Source: an uncultured Pirellulales bacterium
GTDB taxonomy: Bacteria; Planctomycetota; Phycisphaerae; Sedimentisphaerales; SM23-30
Reading direction: 5' to 3'
Length of the DNA stretch: 41,446 nt
Assembly (NCBI GenBank): GCA_964578395.1
Contig: CAZOCV010000002.1
Span: 1 to 41,446, forward strand
The notes below the pieces were generated by a model. That model was not told the DNA's origin. It made no database searches and saw only the letters and a program-made list of their open reading frames with translations. A program made the translations under genes and the position numbers. Shown one piece after another: positions 8,962-16,632 of this stretch (position 1 is the stretch's first letter; each line of letters starts with the position of its first letter).

Positions 8962-9108
8962 CCACGAAGGCCACGATGAGCACGAAGAAAAACTCTAAAT
9001 CCTAAATCCTAATTTCTAAACAAATTCAAATTTGTAAATTTCAAAATTGTTTAGGATTTAGAAATTAGACGCTTCGTGTCCTTCGTTCCGCCTGAGGCGG
9101 ATTCGTGG
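8962..9108. repeat. imperfect palindromic element of about 147 bp filling the hypC-hypD spacer
   Basis: Outer arms: ccacgaag / cacgaag (8962-8987) against cttcgtg / attcgtgg (9072-9108). Inner arms: tctaaatcctaaatcctaatttctaaacaa (8994-9023) against ttgtttaggatttagaaattaga (9048-9070). The centre is near 9035. An inner perfect hairpin tccgcc-tga-ggcgga lies at 9087-9101. Confidence 0.75.
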
Positions 9109-9130
9109 TTCAAAATATAATTCATGCGGA

Positions 9131-9379
9131 TTAACCTTCGCCGGGGAGCGTGACGCCGGCCTGGCGGAGGTAATCCCAGGTTTCCAGTGCTTCGGTTTCA
9201 TCGAGAACGTTAAGGGCAAAACCGGCGTGGACCAGCACCCAATCGCCGGGTCGGGCTTCGGGCGTCATGGCGAGACTGACCTCAAGGCGGCTGCCCTGAA
9301 AATCAACGGTGGCTTGCGCCCCGACCATAGCGGCATCGGTTCGAATAGCAATAATTTTGCCGGGAACAGCTAAACACAT
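9131..9379 (-). CDS. hypC: hydrogenase maturation chaperone HypC/HupF family
   Basis: MCLAVPGKII N-terminus with the essential Cys2. 82 aa. Confidence 0.9.
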   Translation of the reverse strand: MCLAVPGKIIAIRTDAAMVGAQATVDFQGSRLEVSLAMTPEARPGDWVLVHAGFALNVLDETEALETWDYLRQAGVTLPGEG

Positions 9380-9388
9380 AAATACTTC

Positions 9389-10588
9389 TCAGTGTTTTTG
9401 GCGATTTTTAACTTCACGGGCTACGTTTTGGCCGAGTTTGCGGCACTGCTGCAGGTCGTTATCTTCGGGGCGGAAGCGAGCTTCGACAACAGGCTCGAGG
9501 GCTTGGCCGCCGTTTTCCCCGGCCCAGGCCTGCATGGTTTTGACCGCGCCGCCGACCCAGCCGTAATTGCCGAAGAGGCCCAGCGTCCGCCGCCCGGCGA
9601 GCCCTTTGGGCAGGCAATTGAGTACATGCTGCATCATGGGAAAAAGTTTGGTGTCATACGTCGGCGCGCCGAGAATCAGGCCGCCGTAGCGCCAGGCATC
9701 CCGAATGATATAACTGACATGGCGCCGCGACACATCGTACATGCGCAGGGTGACGCCTTCATCGCGGACGCCGGCGGCGACGGCTTCGGCCATCGCTTCG
9801 GTATGTTCATACATGGAGCCGAAGGCAATGAGGACGCCGGTTTCCCACTGGTCCTGGCTCCAGCGGTCATAAATTTTCACAATGCGCAGCGGGTCTTTCC
9901 GCCAAATGATGCCGTGCGAAGGCGCGATAATTTTGATATTGAGTCCGCCCAGCTTGTCGATGGCTTTATGGGTCATGGGGGCGTATTTGGCGACAATGTT
10001 GGAAAAATAGCGCAGCACATCATCTTCATACCAGGCGGGCACGCCCTGATCATCCAAGAGAGATTGATCGACGGCGCCGAAGCCGCCAAAGGCGTCGCAG
10101 GAAAACAGCGTGCCGGTAGATTCATCGAAGGTCATCATGGTTTCGGGCCAGTGGACCATCGGCGTGAGGTAAAAGCGCAGCGTTCGCCCCGGCAATTCCA
10201 GGCTGTCGCCGTCATTGACGCAGCGAACGTTTTCGTCAATGCCGTGCATTTCCCGTAGGAATTCGGCGGTTTTTTTATTGCCGATGATTTGCATATCCGG
10301 CCAGCACCGCCGCAGCAACCCGATGGAGCCGGAATGGTCCGGCTCAAGGTGATGAACAACGAGATAATCCACCTTTCGGCCGTTGAGCAGCCGGTCCAAG
10401 CCGGTCAAAAAGGCCCCGGCCATGGTGACTTTGACCGTGTCGAAAAGGACGGCTTTTTCACCTAAAATAAGGTATGAATTATAGCTAACCCCGCGCGGCA
10501 GCGGCCAAAGGCCCTCAAAAAGGTCCGTTTTTCGGTCATTGAGGCCCACCCACCAGGTTTGGTCGGTTATCAGTGTCGGCTGCATCAT
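9389..10588 (-). CDS. fprA: FprA-type flavodiiron protein (metallo-beta-lactamase-like plus flavodoxin-like domains)
   Basis: VVHHLEPDHSG diiron ligand motif. About 400 aa two-domain architecture with a C-terminal flavodoxin-like part (GAPTYD...). The stop lies 9 nt upstream of the hypC start. Confidence 0.85.
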   Translation of the reverse strand: MMQPTLITDQTWWVGLNDRKTDLFEGLWPLPRGVSYNSYLILGEKAVLFDTVKVTMAGAFLTGLDRLLNGRKVDYLVVHHLEPDHSGSIGLLRRCWPDMQIIGNKKTAEFLREMHGIDENVRCVNDGDSLELPGRTLRFYLTPMVHWPETMMTFDESTGTLFSCDAFGGFGAVDQSLLDDQGVPAWYEDDVLRYFSNIVAKYAPMTHKAIDKLGGLNIKIIAPSHGIIWRKDPLRIVKIYDRWSQDQWETGVLIAFGSMYEHTEAMAEAVAAGVRDEGVTLRMYDVSRRHVSYIIRDAWRYGGLILGAPTYDTKLFPMMQHVLNCLPKGLAGRRTLGLFGNYGWVGGAVKTMQAWAGENGGQALEPVVEARFRPEDNDLQQCRKLGQNVAREVKNRQKH

Positions 10589-10715
10589 GATAAAAACCCT
10601 AACAATTTCTCAACTTATGCGTCCTTGAATATGGTATTATTATACCTTTAGCGGGATGATGTCAAAACCAGCTTGACTATCCCGTCATAAAAGGTTCACA
10701 TTATCGTTTTTTGAG

Positions 10716-13010
10716 GTGATAGTGACAGTTCAAGGATGTAACAACGAGGAATTGCTGCGGCGTTATACCGACCAGCCCGCGCGGTTGCCCGATGATTTGC
10801 GGCGGCACATTGAAAAAAGCTGGAATAACGGCCCGGTGCGATACTACAGCATGGCGGACCTGGATGAGAAGCTGCAACTGAGCCAAATCTGGGTGGTGCT
10901 GGGCGAAGAGCAACTGGCGGTGGTTTCGGCCGGCGTTGACGGGGGGTCGCCACAGATGCAAAGCTTTGTCCGTAAAGATATTACGGCCGTTCGCCAGCAG
11001 CATGGCCTGAGCTGCACAATTCTGGATATTATAGGTCCCCAAAGCAGTCCGCCGCTGGTGCGTCTGCATTATAGCCATCGGCAGCGTTCGGCCATGGAGC
11101 ATTTGAAGTTTATCCTTGAGCAACACATCGACGGGCGGAAGGTGGATCTGGAGGATGCCGATGCAGTTTATGCCGCCTGCGTTGCCGAACCGATTAAGGA
11201 CGCTCAGGCGGCGTTTACCCATCAGCGGCTGGCGGTGGTCTGGCGGTTATTGGGGTACATGAGGCCTTACTGGCGGCGTATCGGCCTGGGATTGGCGGCG
11301 GCGATCGTCGTGACGGCCATCAGTCTGCTGCCGGTATTATTGCTGCGTCATGTGCTTGATAACCTGGTGCGCATGTATCAGGAGGGAATGCTAACCGAAG
11401 CCGCGGCCAAACGGCAGGGGTGGTTGATTCTGAGCGTACTGGCGGGTGCGTATGTGGTGCGGGCGTTTTGCCACTGGGTGCGTTTGCGGACGATGGCGCT
11501 GGTGGGTGAATGCGTGGCGCGGGATTTGCGATTTCATCTTTACAGCCACCTCCAGCGGTTGAGCCTGAGTTATTTTTCACGCAAGCAGACCGGCGGCATT
11601 ATTAGTCGCGTGAGTTCCGACACGGACCGGTTGTGGGATTTTATCGCGTTCGGCGTGGTGGAGGTATCGCTGGCGGGGATTATGATTCTGGGTTTGTCGG
11701 TGGTACTGCTGTATCTGGATGTGCAGATGGGATTGGTGATGGTGCTGCCGATTCCTTTGCTGTTATGGGCGTTTCATCGGCACAGCAGCGGCATGCGGCG
11801 GGTGTTTCTGCGGATGTGGCGAAAGTGGTCCAGCATGGTGGCGGTGCTGGCCGACACGATTCCCGGGATGCAGGTGGTGAAGTCGTTTAACCGGGAGGAT
11901 TATGAAATCAAGCGTTTTGGCCGGCGCAATACGGATGTCTATGAAGAAGCGGAAGACCTGCATTTTCAGTGGACGCGGTTCTGGCCGATTTTGACCTTGT
12001 CGTTTCATGTGCTGACATTGATTGTCTGGACGCTGGGACTAAGGCGAATGATTCGGCCGGCCGGCGAGGGGGCGCTGACTGTGGGTGATTTTGTGGCGTT
12101 TATCTTTTTCCTGGGCATGTACATGCATCCGATTGAAACCATCGGCATGATTACGCGAATGCTGAATCGAGCGACGACGTCGGCGCATCGCGTGTTTGAG
12201 ATTCTGGATACGGAGCCGAAAATTTTCAATAAGCCCGATGCGGTGCAATTGTCGCCGTTTCTGGGCAGGGTCACTTTTGAAGATGTAACGTTTGCGTATG
12301 ATCCGGTGCGGCAGATTATTCGCGGCATCAGCTTTGACGTGCAGCCGGGCGAAATGATCGGCCTGGTCGGGCCTAGCGGCGCCGGCAAGAGCACCATCAT
12401 CAATCTTATCGCGCGATTTTACGACGTGAGCGGCGGGCGCATTCTGGTTGACGGGATTGACCTGCGCAACGTCGATGCCGGGCATTACCGCCGGCACATC
12501 GGCATTGTGCAGCAGGAAACGTTTCTGTTCCACGGGACGATTCTGGATAATATTCGCTACGGCACGCCGGAAGCGACCGCCGAGGAGGTTATCGCCGCCA
12601 GCCGTGCGGCCAACGCGCATGATTTTATCTGTTCGCTGCCGCACGGTTATGACACCGTGGTAGGCGAGCGCGGCCATACGCTTTCGGGCGGTGAGCGTCA
12701 GCGGGTGTCCATCGCGCGGGCGCTGTTGTGCAATCCGCGGATATTGATTCTCGATGAGGCCACCAGCAGCGTGGATACTGAGACGGAAAAGAACATTCAG
12801 GACGCGCTGAATCGCCTGATTCCCGGCCGGACGGTGTTTGCCATCGCGCACCGGCTGAGCACACTGCGGCGGGCGGACAGGCTGCTGGTGATTAAACAGG
12901 GCCGCATCGTCGAGGAAGGCTCTCACGAACAACTATTAAAGATTGAGGACGGCGTGTATCGCAAGATGCACGATATACAGCAGCAGTTGCATGAAATGTA
13001 CGCCGTATGA
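10716..13010 (+). CDS. ABC exporter, fused TMD-NBD (MsbA/type IV fold), with an extra soluble N-terminal domain of about 170 aa
   Basis: Walker A GPSGAGKST, signature LSGGERQR, Walker B ILILDEATS, H-loop AIAHRLST. Six hydrophobic segments begin near residue 185. The N-terminal 170 aa have no TM segment. The GTG start at 10716 is uncertain. Confidence 0.9.
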   Translation: MIVTVQGCNNEELLRRYTDQPARLPDDLRRHIEKSWNNGPVRYYSMADLDEKLQLSQIWVVLGEEQLAVVSAGVDGGSPQMQSFVRKDITAVRQQHGLSCTILDIIGPQSSPPLVRLHYSHRQRSAMEHLKFILEQHIDGRKVDLEDADAVYAACVAEPIKDAQAAFTHQRLAVVWRLLGYMRPYWRRIGLGLAAAIVVTAISLLPVLLLRHVLDNLVRMYQEGMLTEAAAKRQGWLILSVLAGAYVVRAFCHWVRLRTMALVGECVARDLRFHLYSHLQRLSLSYFSRKQTGGIISRVSSDTDRLWDFIAFGVVEVSLAGIMILGLSVVLLYLDVQMGLVMVLPIPLLLWAFHRHSSGMRRVFLRMWRKWSSMVAVLADTIPGMQVVKSFNREDYEIKRFGRRNTDVYEEAEDLHFQWTRFWPILTLSFHVLTLIVWTLGLRRMIRPAGEGALTVGDFVAFIFFLGMYMHPIETIGMITRMLNRATTSAHRVFEILDTEPKIFNKPDAVQLSPFLGRVTFEDVTFAYDPVRQIIRGISFDVQPGEMIGLVGPSGAGKSTIINLIARFYDVSGGRILVDGIDLRNVDAGHYRRHIGIVQQETFLFHGTILDNIRYGTPEATAEEVIAASRAANAHDFICSLPHGYDTVVGERGHTLSGGERQRVSIARALLCNPRILILDEATSSVDTETEKNIQDALNRLIPGRTVFAIAHRLSTLRRADRLLVIKQGRIVEEGSHEQLLKIEDGVYRKMHDIQQQLHEMYAV

Positions 13011-13016
13011 TTATTA

Positions 13017-13039
13017 TTTAGCCACAGATTGCACTGATG
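13017..13039. repeat. 23-nt intergenic repeat tttagccacagattgcactgatg, copy 1
   Basis: Identical 23-mer at 25255-25277. Both copies begin within 20 nt of the stop codon of a plus-strand gene. Confidence 0.9.
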
Positions 13040-13152
13040 CTCACTGATAAAGAGAGATTCTTTGTTATGCTCAGATTGATAAATGAAAGTTTCATACAAA
13101 TAAACAGTATTTGTCAGGGTAATCCGTGGCAAAAATGAAAAGATAATTATTT

Positions 13153-13710
13153 ATGAAAACAAGGGATGATGATATGACGATTGCCAGTGCACAATCAAAA
13201 ACATCCGTCCACCATGAGATGACGGACGATGTTAACGATAAGCATGATTGGCGCAAGTTGCGTTTGTTTCGTGATGAGGCGGATCGGTTACTGGTGGAAA
13301 AGGACGGTCACGTAACCGCGGTGCATTTACGACAATGTTTTCCGTGGTCGCGGCCGGGCGAATATATAGCGTTATGCGACGAGCAGCAGCGTGAAATCGC
13401 CCTGATAAGCAATCCGGCGCAACTGGATGAGACCTCCCGCGGCGTCTTCGAGGCGGCGCTGGCCGCCGCCGGTTTTGTTTTTCGCGTTCGGCAATTAGTA
13501 TCGATGGAAACGGAATTTGAGATTCGCAACTGGAAAGTTATCACGCAGCAAGGTCCCTGCACGTTTCAGACGGTGCTGGATGACTGGCCGCGCCGCCTGC
13601 CCGACGGCGGCCTGCTCATCAAGGATGTCAGCGGCAACCTTTTCGCCGTGCCGCCCGCCGATCAACTCGATAAAAACAGCCGGGAAGTCATTTGGGGTTT
13701 TTTGGACTAA
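13153..13710 (+). CDS. DUF1854-like protein (family usually found next to ABC exporters)
   Basis: Pattern recalled for DUF1854: ...VHLRQCFPWSRPGEYIAL.DE..REIALI....QLDE.SR......L....F...I..L.........W.V.T..G...F......WP..L.DGGLLI.DV.GN.F.V.....LD..SRE.IW.FLD. Its position directly after the ABC gene supports the call. Assignment is from memory only. Confidence 0.6.
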   Translation: MKTRDDDMTIASAQSKTSVHHEMTDDVNDKHDWRKLRLFRDEADRLLVEKDGHVTAVHLRQCFPWSRPGEYIALCDEQQREIALISNPAQLDETSRGVFEAALAAAGFVFRVRQLVSMETEFEIRNWKVITQQGPCTFQTVLDDWPRRLPDGGLLIKDVSGNLFAVPPADQLDKNSREVIWGFLD

Positions 13711-13796
13711 ACGTATAGGTTTCTGGAAAAGGATATTTTACTGGTAAGGGCAAACGATAGGAGTAAAATGTTTTTTCGCGCCGACGAGGTTTTATA

Positions 13797-15275
13797 ATGA
13801 ACCGCAGAGATTTCTTGAAAAGCAGTGCATTGGCCCTTACGGCCGCAGGAGAGATTCATATGGCGTCTGGAAAGACGGAGTCCCGTTCGACAAAGCCGAA
13901 TATTGTCTTTATCTTCAGCGATCAGCAGCGGTATGATACGCTAGGGTGTACGGGGAATTCGATTATTCGCACGCCCACATTTGATAAGCTGGCGGCAGAG
14001 GGCGTGAATTTTACGCAGGCGTTTTCGTCGTGTCCGATTTGTTCGCCGTATCGGGGGCAGATCATGACCGGGCGGTACTCACACGCCAACGGGGTAATAT
14101 GCAATGAGTACAAGCTGTTTGATAACCAGACAACCATCGCCCAGGCGCTGAAGAAGGCGGGGTACCGGACGGGGTACGTGGGCAAGTGGCATTTGGGGTA
14201 TGGGCCATATACGCCGGAAAAGCGGTACGGGTTCGATGAGATGGCGGCGTATAACTGCATGCACAATTACTATAAGGTGACGTACTGGGAAAACGAGGAA
14301 GGGCCTATCAAGATTGACAAGTGGTCGCCGACGGGTGAAACAGATTTGGCGCTGCGGTTTATGCAGAACCATAAGGACAACCACGGCGACCAGCCGTTTA
14401 TGGTGATGATGTCGTGGGGGCCGCCGCATTGGCCGTATGAGTTGTATCCGGAGGAGTATCGGATTTACGGGCCGGAGGATGTGGAGTTGCGGCCGAACGT
14501 GCCCAAGGCAATGGCGGCGTTTGCGCGGGAGGAGCTGGCGCATTATTACAATAACATCGTGGGACTGGACGCGGAGATGAAACGGGTGCAGGCGTGGCTG
14601 GAGGCCAACGGGCTGCGCGAGAATACGATTATTTGTTATTCGTCCGACCACGGGGACCATTGTTCCAGTCACGGCTACGGCAAGCCGGGTGATATGTGGC
14701 TGCATCATACGAAACGGGCGGCGAAGGCGACGCCTTATGAGGAGTCGATACATATTCCGTTTTTATTGTCGTATCCAGCGAAGGTGAAGCCGGGGCAGAC
14801 GACGGATGTGATGTTTAACAGTGTGGATGTGATGCCGACGCTGCTGGCGTTGGCGGGCGTGGAGATACCGGAAGGCATGCAGGGACAAAATTTGTCACAT
14901 GCGGCGCTGGGCGAGGAGGGGCCGCGGCCGGATTCGGTGTACTTGCAGATTTTGGGACAGGGTTGGCCGCATCGCGGGCCGTGGGTAGGTTACTGGCGCG
15001 GGCTGCGGACGGACCGGTGGGTGTATGCCCGCTGGTATGGGTCCGATGAGAAATGGCTCTTTGACCGCCAGAACGATCCCTATGAAATGACCAATTTGGC
15101 CGGCAATCCCGAATACGCCGCCATCGAAAAACAACTCGATAAGCGCCTGATGCAGTGGATGATGGATACGGATGATCCGTTCTATACCGGCAAGCGGGAT
15201 CCGAAGACGGGGATTTTGGAGTTGGGGCAGGAATATTCGCACGAGAAGTATTATCAAGTGGATCACGAAATATAA
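13797..15275 (+). CDS. Cys-type sulfatase (arylsulfatase A family) with twin-arginine signal peptide
   Basis: MNRRDFLKSSALALTAAG Tat signal. CSPYRGQIMTGR (CxPxR formylglycine motif). IVFIFSDQQR and SSDHGD metal-site motifs. Confidence 0.92.
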   Translation: MNRRDFLKSSALALTAAGEIHMASGKTESRSTKPNIVFIFSDQQRYDTLGCTGNSIIRTPTFDKLAAEGVNFTQAFSSCPICSPYRGQIMTGRYSHANGVICNEYKLFDNQTTIAQALKKAGYRTGYVGKWHLGYGPYTPEKRYGFDEMAAYNCMHNYYKVTYWENEEGPIKIDKWSPTGETDLALRFMQNHKDNHGDQPFMVMMSWGPPHWPYELYPEEYRIYGPEDVELRPNVPKAMAAFAREELAHYYNNIVGLDAEMKRVQAWLEANGLRENTIICYSSDHGDHCSSHGYGKPGDMWLHHTKRAAKATPYEESIHIPFLLSYPAKVKPGQTTDVMFNSVDVMPTLLALAGVEIPEGMQGQNLSHAALGEEGPRPDSVYLQILGQGWPHRGPWVGYWRGLRTDRWVYARWYGSDEKWLFDRQNDPYEMTNLAGNPEYAAIEKQLDKRLMQWMMDTDDPFYTGKRDPKTGILELGQEYSHEKYYQVDHEI

Positions 15276-15370
15276 AGACAGAAATACCTTCATCGATGCA
15301 AACATCGAAATCGAATATGAGGCGTAAGGAGCGGCTAATGTTGATCGCGTTTTGGCGACTATGAAGCCTG

Positions 15371-15640
15371 TTACAGGTCGTGCTCAAAGGTCATGGACTG
15401 GCATTCGACGCCGTCGATGGCGTTAAGTTTTTCGAAAAGTTTTTGACAGACAGCCCTTTCGCCGAACATTTCCAGCAGCATCAGGCCGTTGGGCGAGCAG
15501 AAATCGGGGCTGACCTCGTGGAGGCCCAGGCGGGTTTTTATGTAGCAGCCGTATTCGCTCAACAGTTTTTGCACTTCGGAAACATGATGGATGCGGTCGG
15601 TGATATGGACGCCGAAAATCAGGTGGTTTTCTTTGACCAT
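15371..15640 (-). CDS. small ACT-like protein resembling the TM1266 family (annotated as putative iron-only hydrogenase system regulator)
   Basis: 89 aa. The pattern IFGVHITDR...VSEVQKLLSEYGCYIKTRLGL......G.MLLEM.G......L..KL..I.GVE parallels TM1266 as I recall it. Lies 27 nt downstream of kdsA. Confidence 0.5.
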   Translation of the reverse strand: MVKENHLIFGVHITDRIHHVSEVQKLLSEYGCYIKTRLGLHEVSPDFCSPNGLMLLEMFGERAVCQKLFEKLNAIDGVECQSMTFEHDL

Positions 15641-15667
15641 GGGTTTTATCTCCTTAGCGGGTTTTTC

Positions 15668-16507
15668 TTATTCTGTACGGAGCCGCTGGTGGACGTCGCG
15701 GCAGAGGGTCAGGAGCGATTCGAGCTGGTCGAGGGGGAGCATGGAGGCGGCGTCGCTTTTGGCGCTGGCGGGGTCGGGATGAGTTTCGAGGAAGAGGCCG
15801 TCGGCGCCGGCGGCGATGGCGGCGCGAGCAAGGATTTTGGCAAATTCAGGACTGCCGCCGGAGGCGTTGCCCTGACCGCTGGGAAGCTGCGTGGCATGGG
15901 TAGCGTCCATGAGGACGGGCCGGTTCAGTTGCTGCATAACGGGAATGGCCGTCATATCGCAAACCAGGCGGTTGTAGCCGAAGCTGCTGCCGCGTTCGAC
16001 GAGGATGATGCGGTCGTTGCCGGCGGCCGTGATTTTATCGACGACGTTTTTCATGTCCCACGGGGCCATAAACTGGGCCTTTTTGACCTGGACGCATTTT
16101 CCGGATTGGGCGGCGGCGATGAGCAGGTCCGTCTGGCGGGCAAGAAAGGCGGGGACCTGGACGATGTCGACGACCTCGCTGACGGTGGGAACCTGATCGG
16201 GCAGGTGAATATCGGTAACGACCGGTACGGCTACTTCACGGCGGACCCTGGCGAGGATTTCCAGGCCCTCATTGAGGCCGGGGCCGCGGAAGCCGTTAAA
16301 GCTGGTGCGATTGGCCTTGTCAAAACTGGCCTTGAAGACGTAACCCACCCCCAGACGGGCGGTAATGGCTTTGACCTTTTCGGCGACGGTCAGGCACAGG
16401 TCGGCGCTTTCGATGACACAGGGGCCGGCGATCAGCAGCATCGGTCGGCCGGGGCCAACCTGGGTATTAATGGCGTCGTCGCCAATAGTTATGGATTTTG
16501 CCATCAT
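15668..16507 (-). CDS. kdsA: 3-deoxy-8-phosphooctulonate (KDO-8-P) synthase
   Basis: LIAGPCVIES, FKASFDKANRTS and DATHATQ motifs. 279 aa. Confidence 0.93.
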   Translation of the reverse strand: MMAKSITIGDDAINTQVGPGRPMLLIAGPCVIESADLCLTVAEKVKAITARLGVGYVFKASFDKANRTSFNGFRGPGLNEGLEILARVRREVAVPVVTDIHLPDQVPTVSEVVDIVQVPAFLARQTDLLIAAAQSGKCVQVKKAQFMAPWDMKNVVDKITAAGNDRIILVERGSSFGYNRLVCDMTAIPVMQQLNRPVLMDATHATQLPSGQGNASGGSPEFAKILARAAIAAGADGLFLETHPDPASAKSDAASMLPLDQLESLLTLCRDVHQRLRTE

Positions 16508-16545
16508 GGGTTGTTATTCCGATAATAAACTCATTTTCGCAGGAC

Positions 16546-16554
16546 ATTATAACA
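16546..16554 (-). promoter_or_regulatory. extended -10 element TGTTATAAT, candidate kdsA promoter
   Basis: Plus-strand attataaca at 16546-16554 is the revcomp of TGTTATAAT. Lies 38 nt upstream of the kdsA ATG (16507). No good -35 element. Use of the sigma-70 consensus in this lineage is assumed. Confidence 0.35.
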
Positions 16555-16579
16555 AAAAAACACCAACTGGCCAGAAGCA

Positions 16580-16632
16580 AATCAGAAAAAGAACGGATGC
16601 GCGATACGTGATGAAACCTTGACGTATCGCGC
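16580..16632 (-). terminator. strong hairpin (11-bp perfect stem) followed by a T-rich run on the minus strand; terminator-like element in the kdsA / PLP-enzyme divergent spacer
   Basis: gcgcgatacgt (16599-16609) pairs with acgtatcgcgc (16622-16632) across a 12-nt loop. The minus strand continues atccgttctttttctgattt. No minus-strand CDS lies upstream for it to terminate. Confidence 0.4.

Noticed and set aside
7880-8998. 372-aa plus-strand ORF antisense to hypD
   Set aside because: It is fully antisense to a gene with unmistakable HypD motifs. The translation is Gly/Ala/Asp-rich low-complexity sequence typical of shadow ORFs in GC-rich DNA, and it has no recognisable motif.
6855-9379. Assumption that a hydrogenase locus is present because hypCDE are present
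   Set aside because: No hydrogenase large or small subunit, hypA/B/F or endopeptidase ORF is present anywhere in the window. Only the maturation genes can be claimed.
10673-10704. Sigma-70-like promoter (TTGACT at 10673-10678) for the ABC gene
   Set aside because: The only -10 candidates at 17-20 nt spacing (tcacat, cattat) are poor, and promoter consensus in this lineage is unknown. It is not reported as a feature.
13017-13152. CRISPR array hypothesis for the short intergenic repeats (also 23438-23468 and 25255-25290)
   Set aside because: The repeat units are only 8-23 nt. They lack regular repeat-spacer periodicity, are scattered singly across spacers, and no cas genes are present.
15380-16525. 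381-aa plus-strand ORF spanning the antisense of kdsA and the ACT-like gene
   Set aside because: It is a shadow ORF opposite two well-supported genes. The product is Gly/Ala/Val-rich with no motifs.
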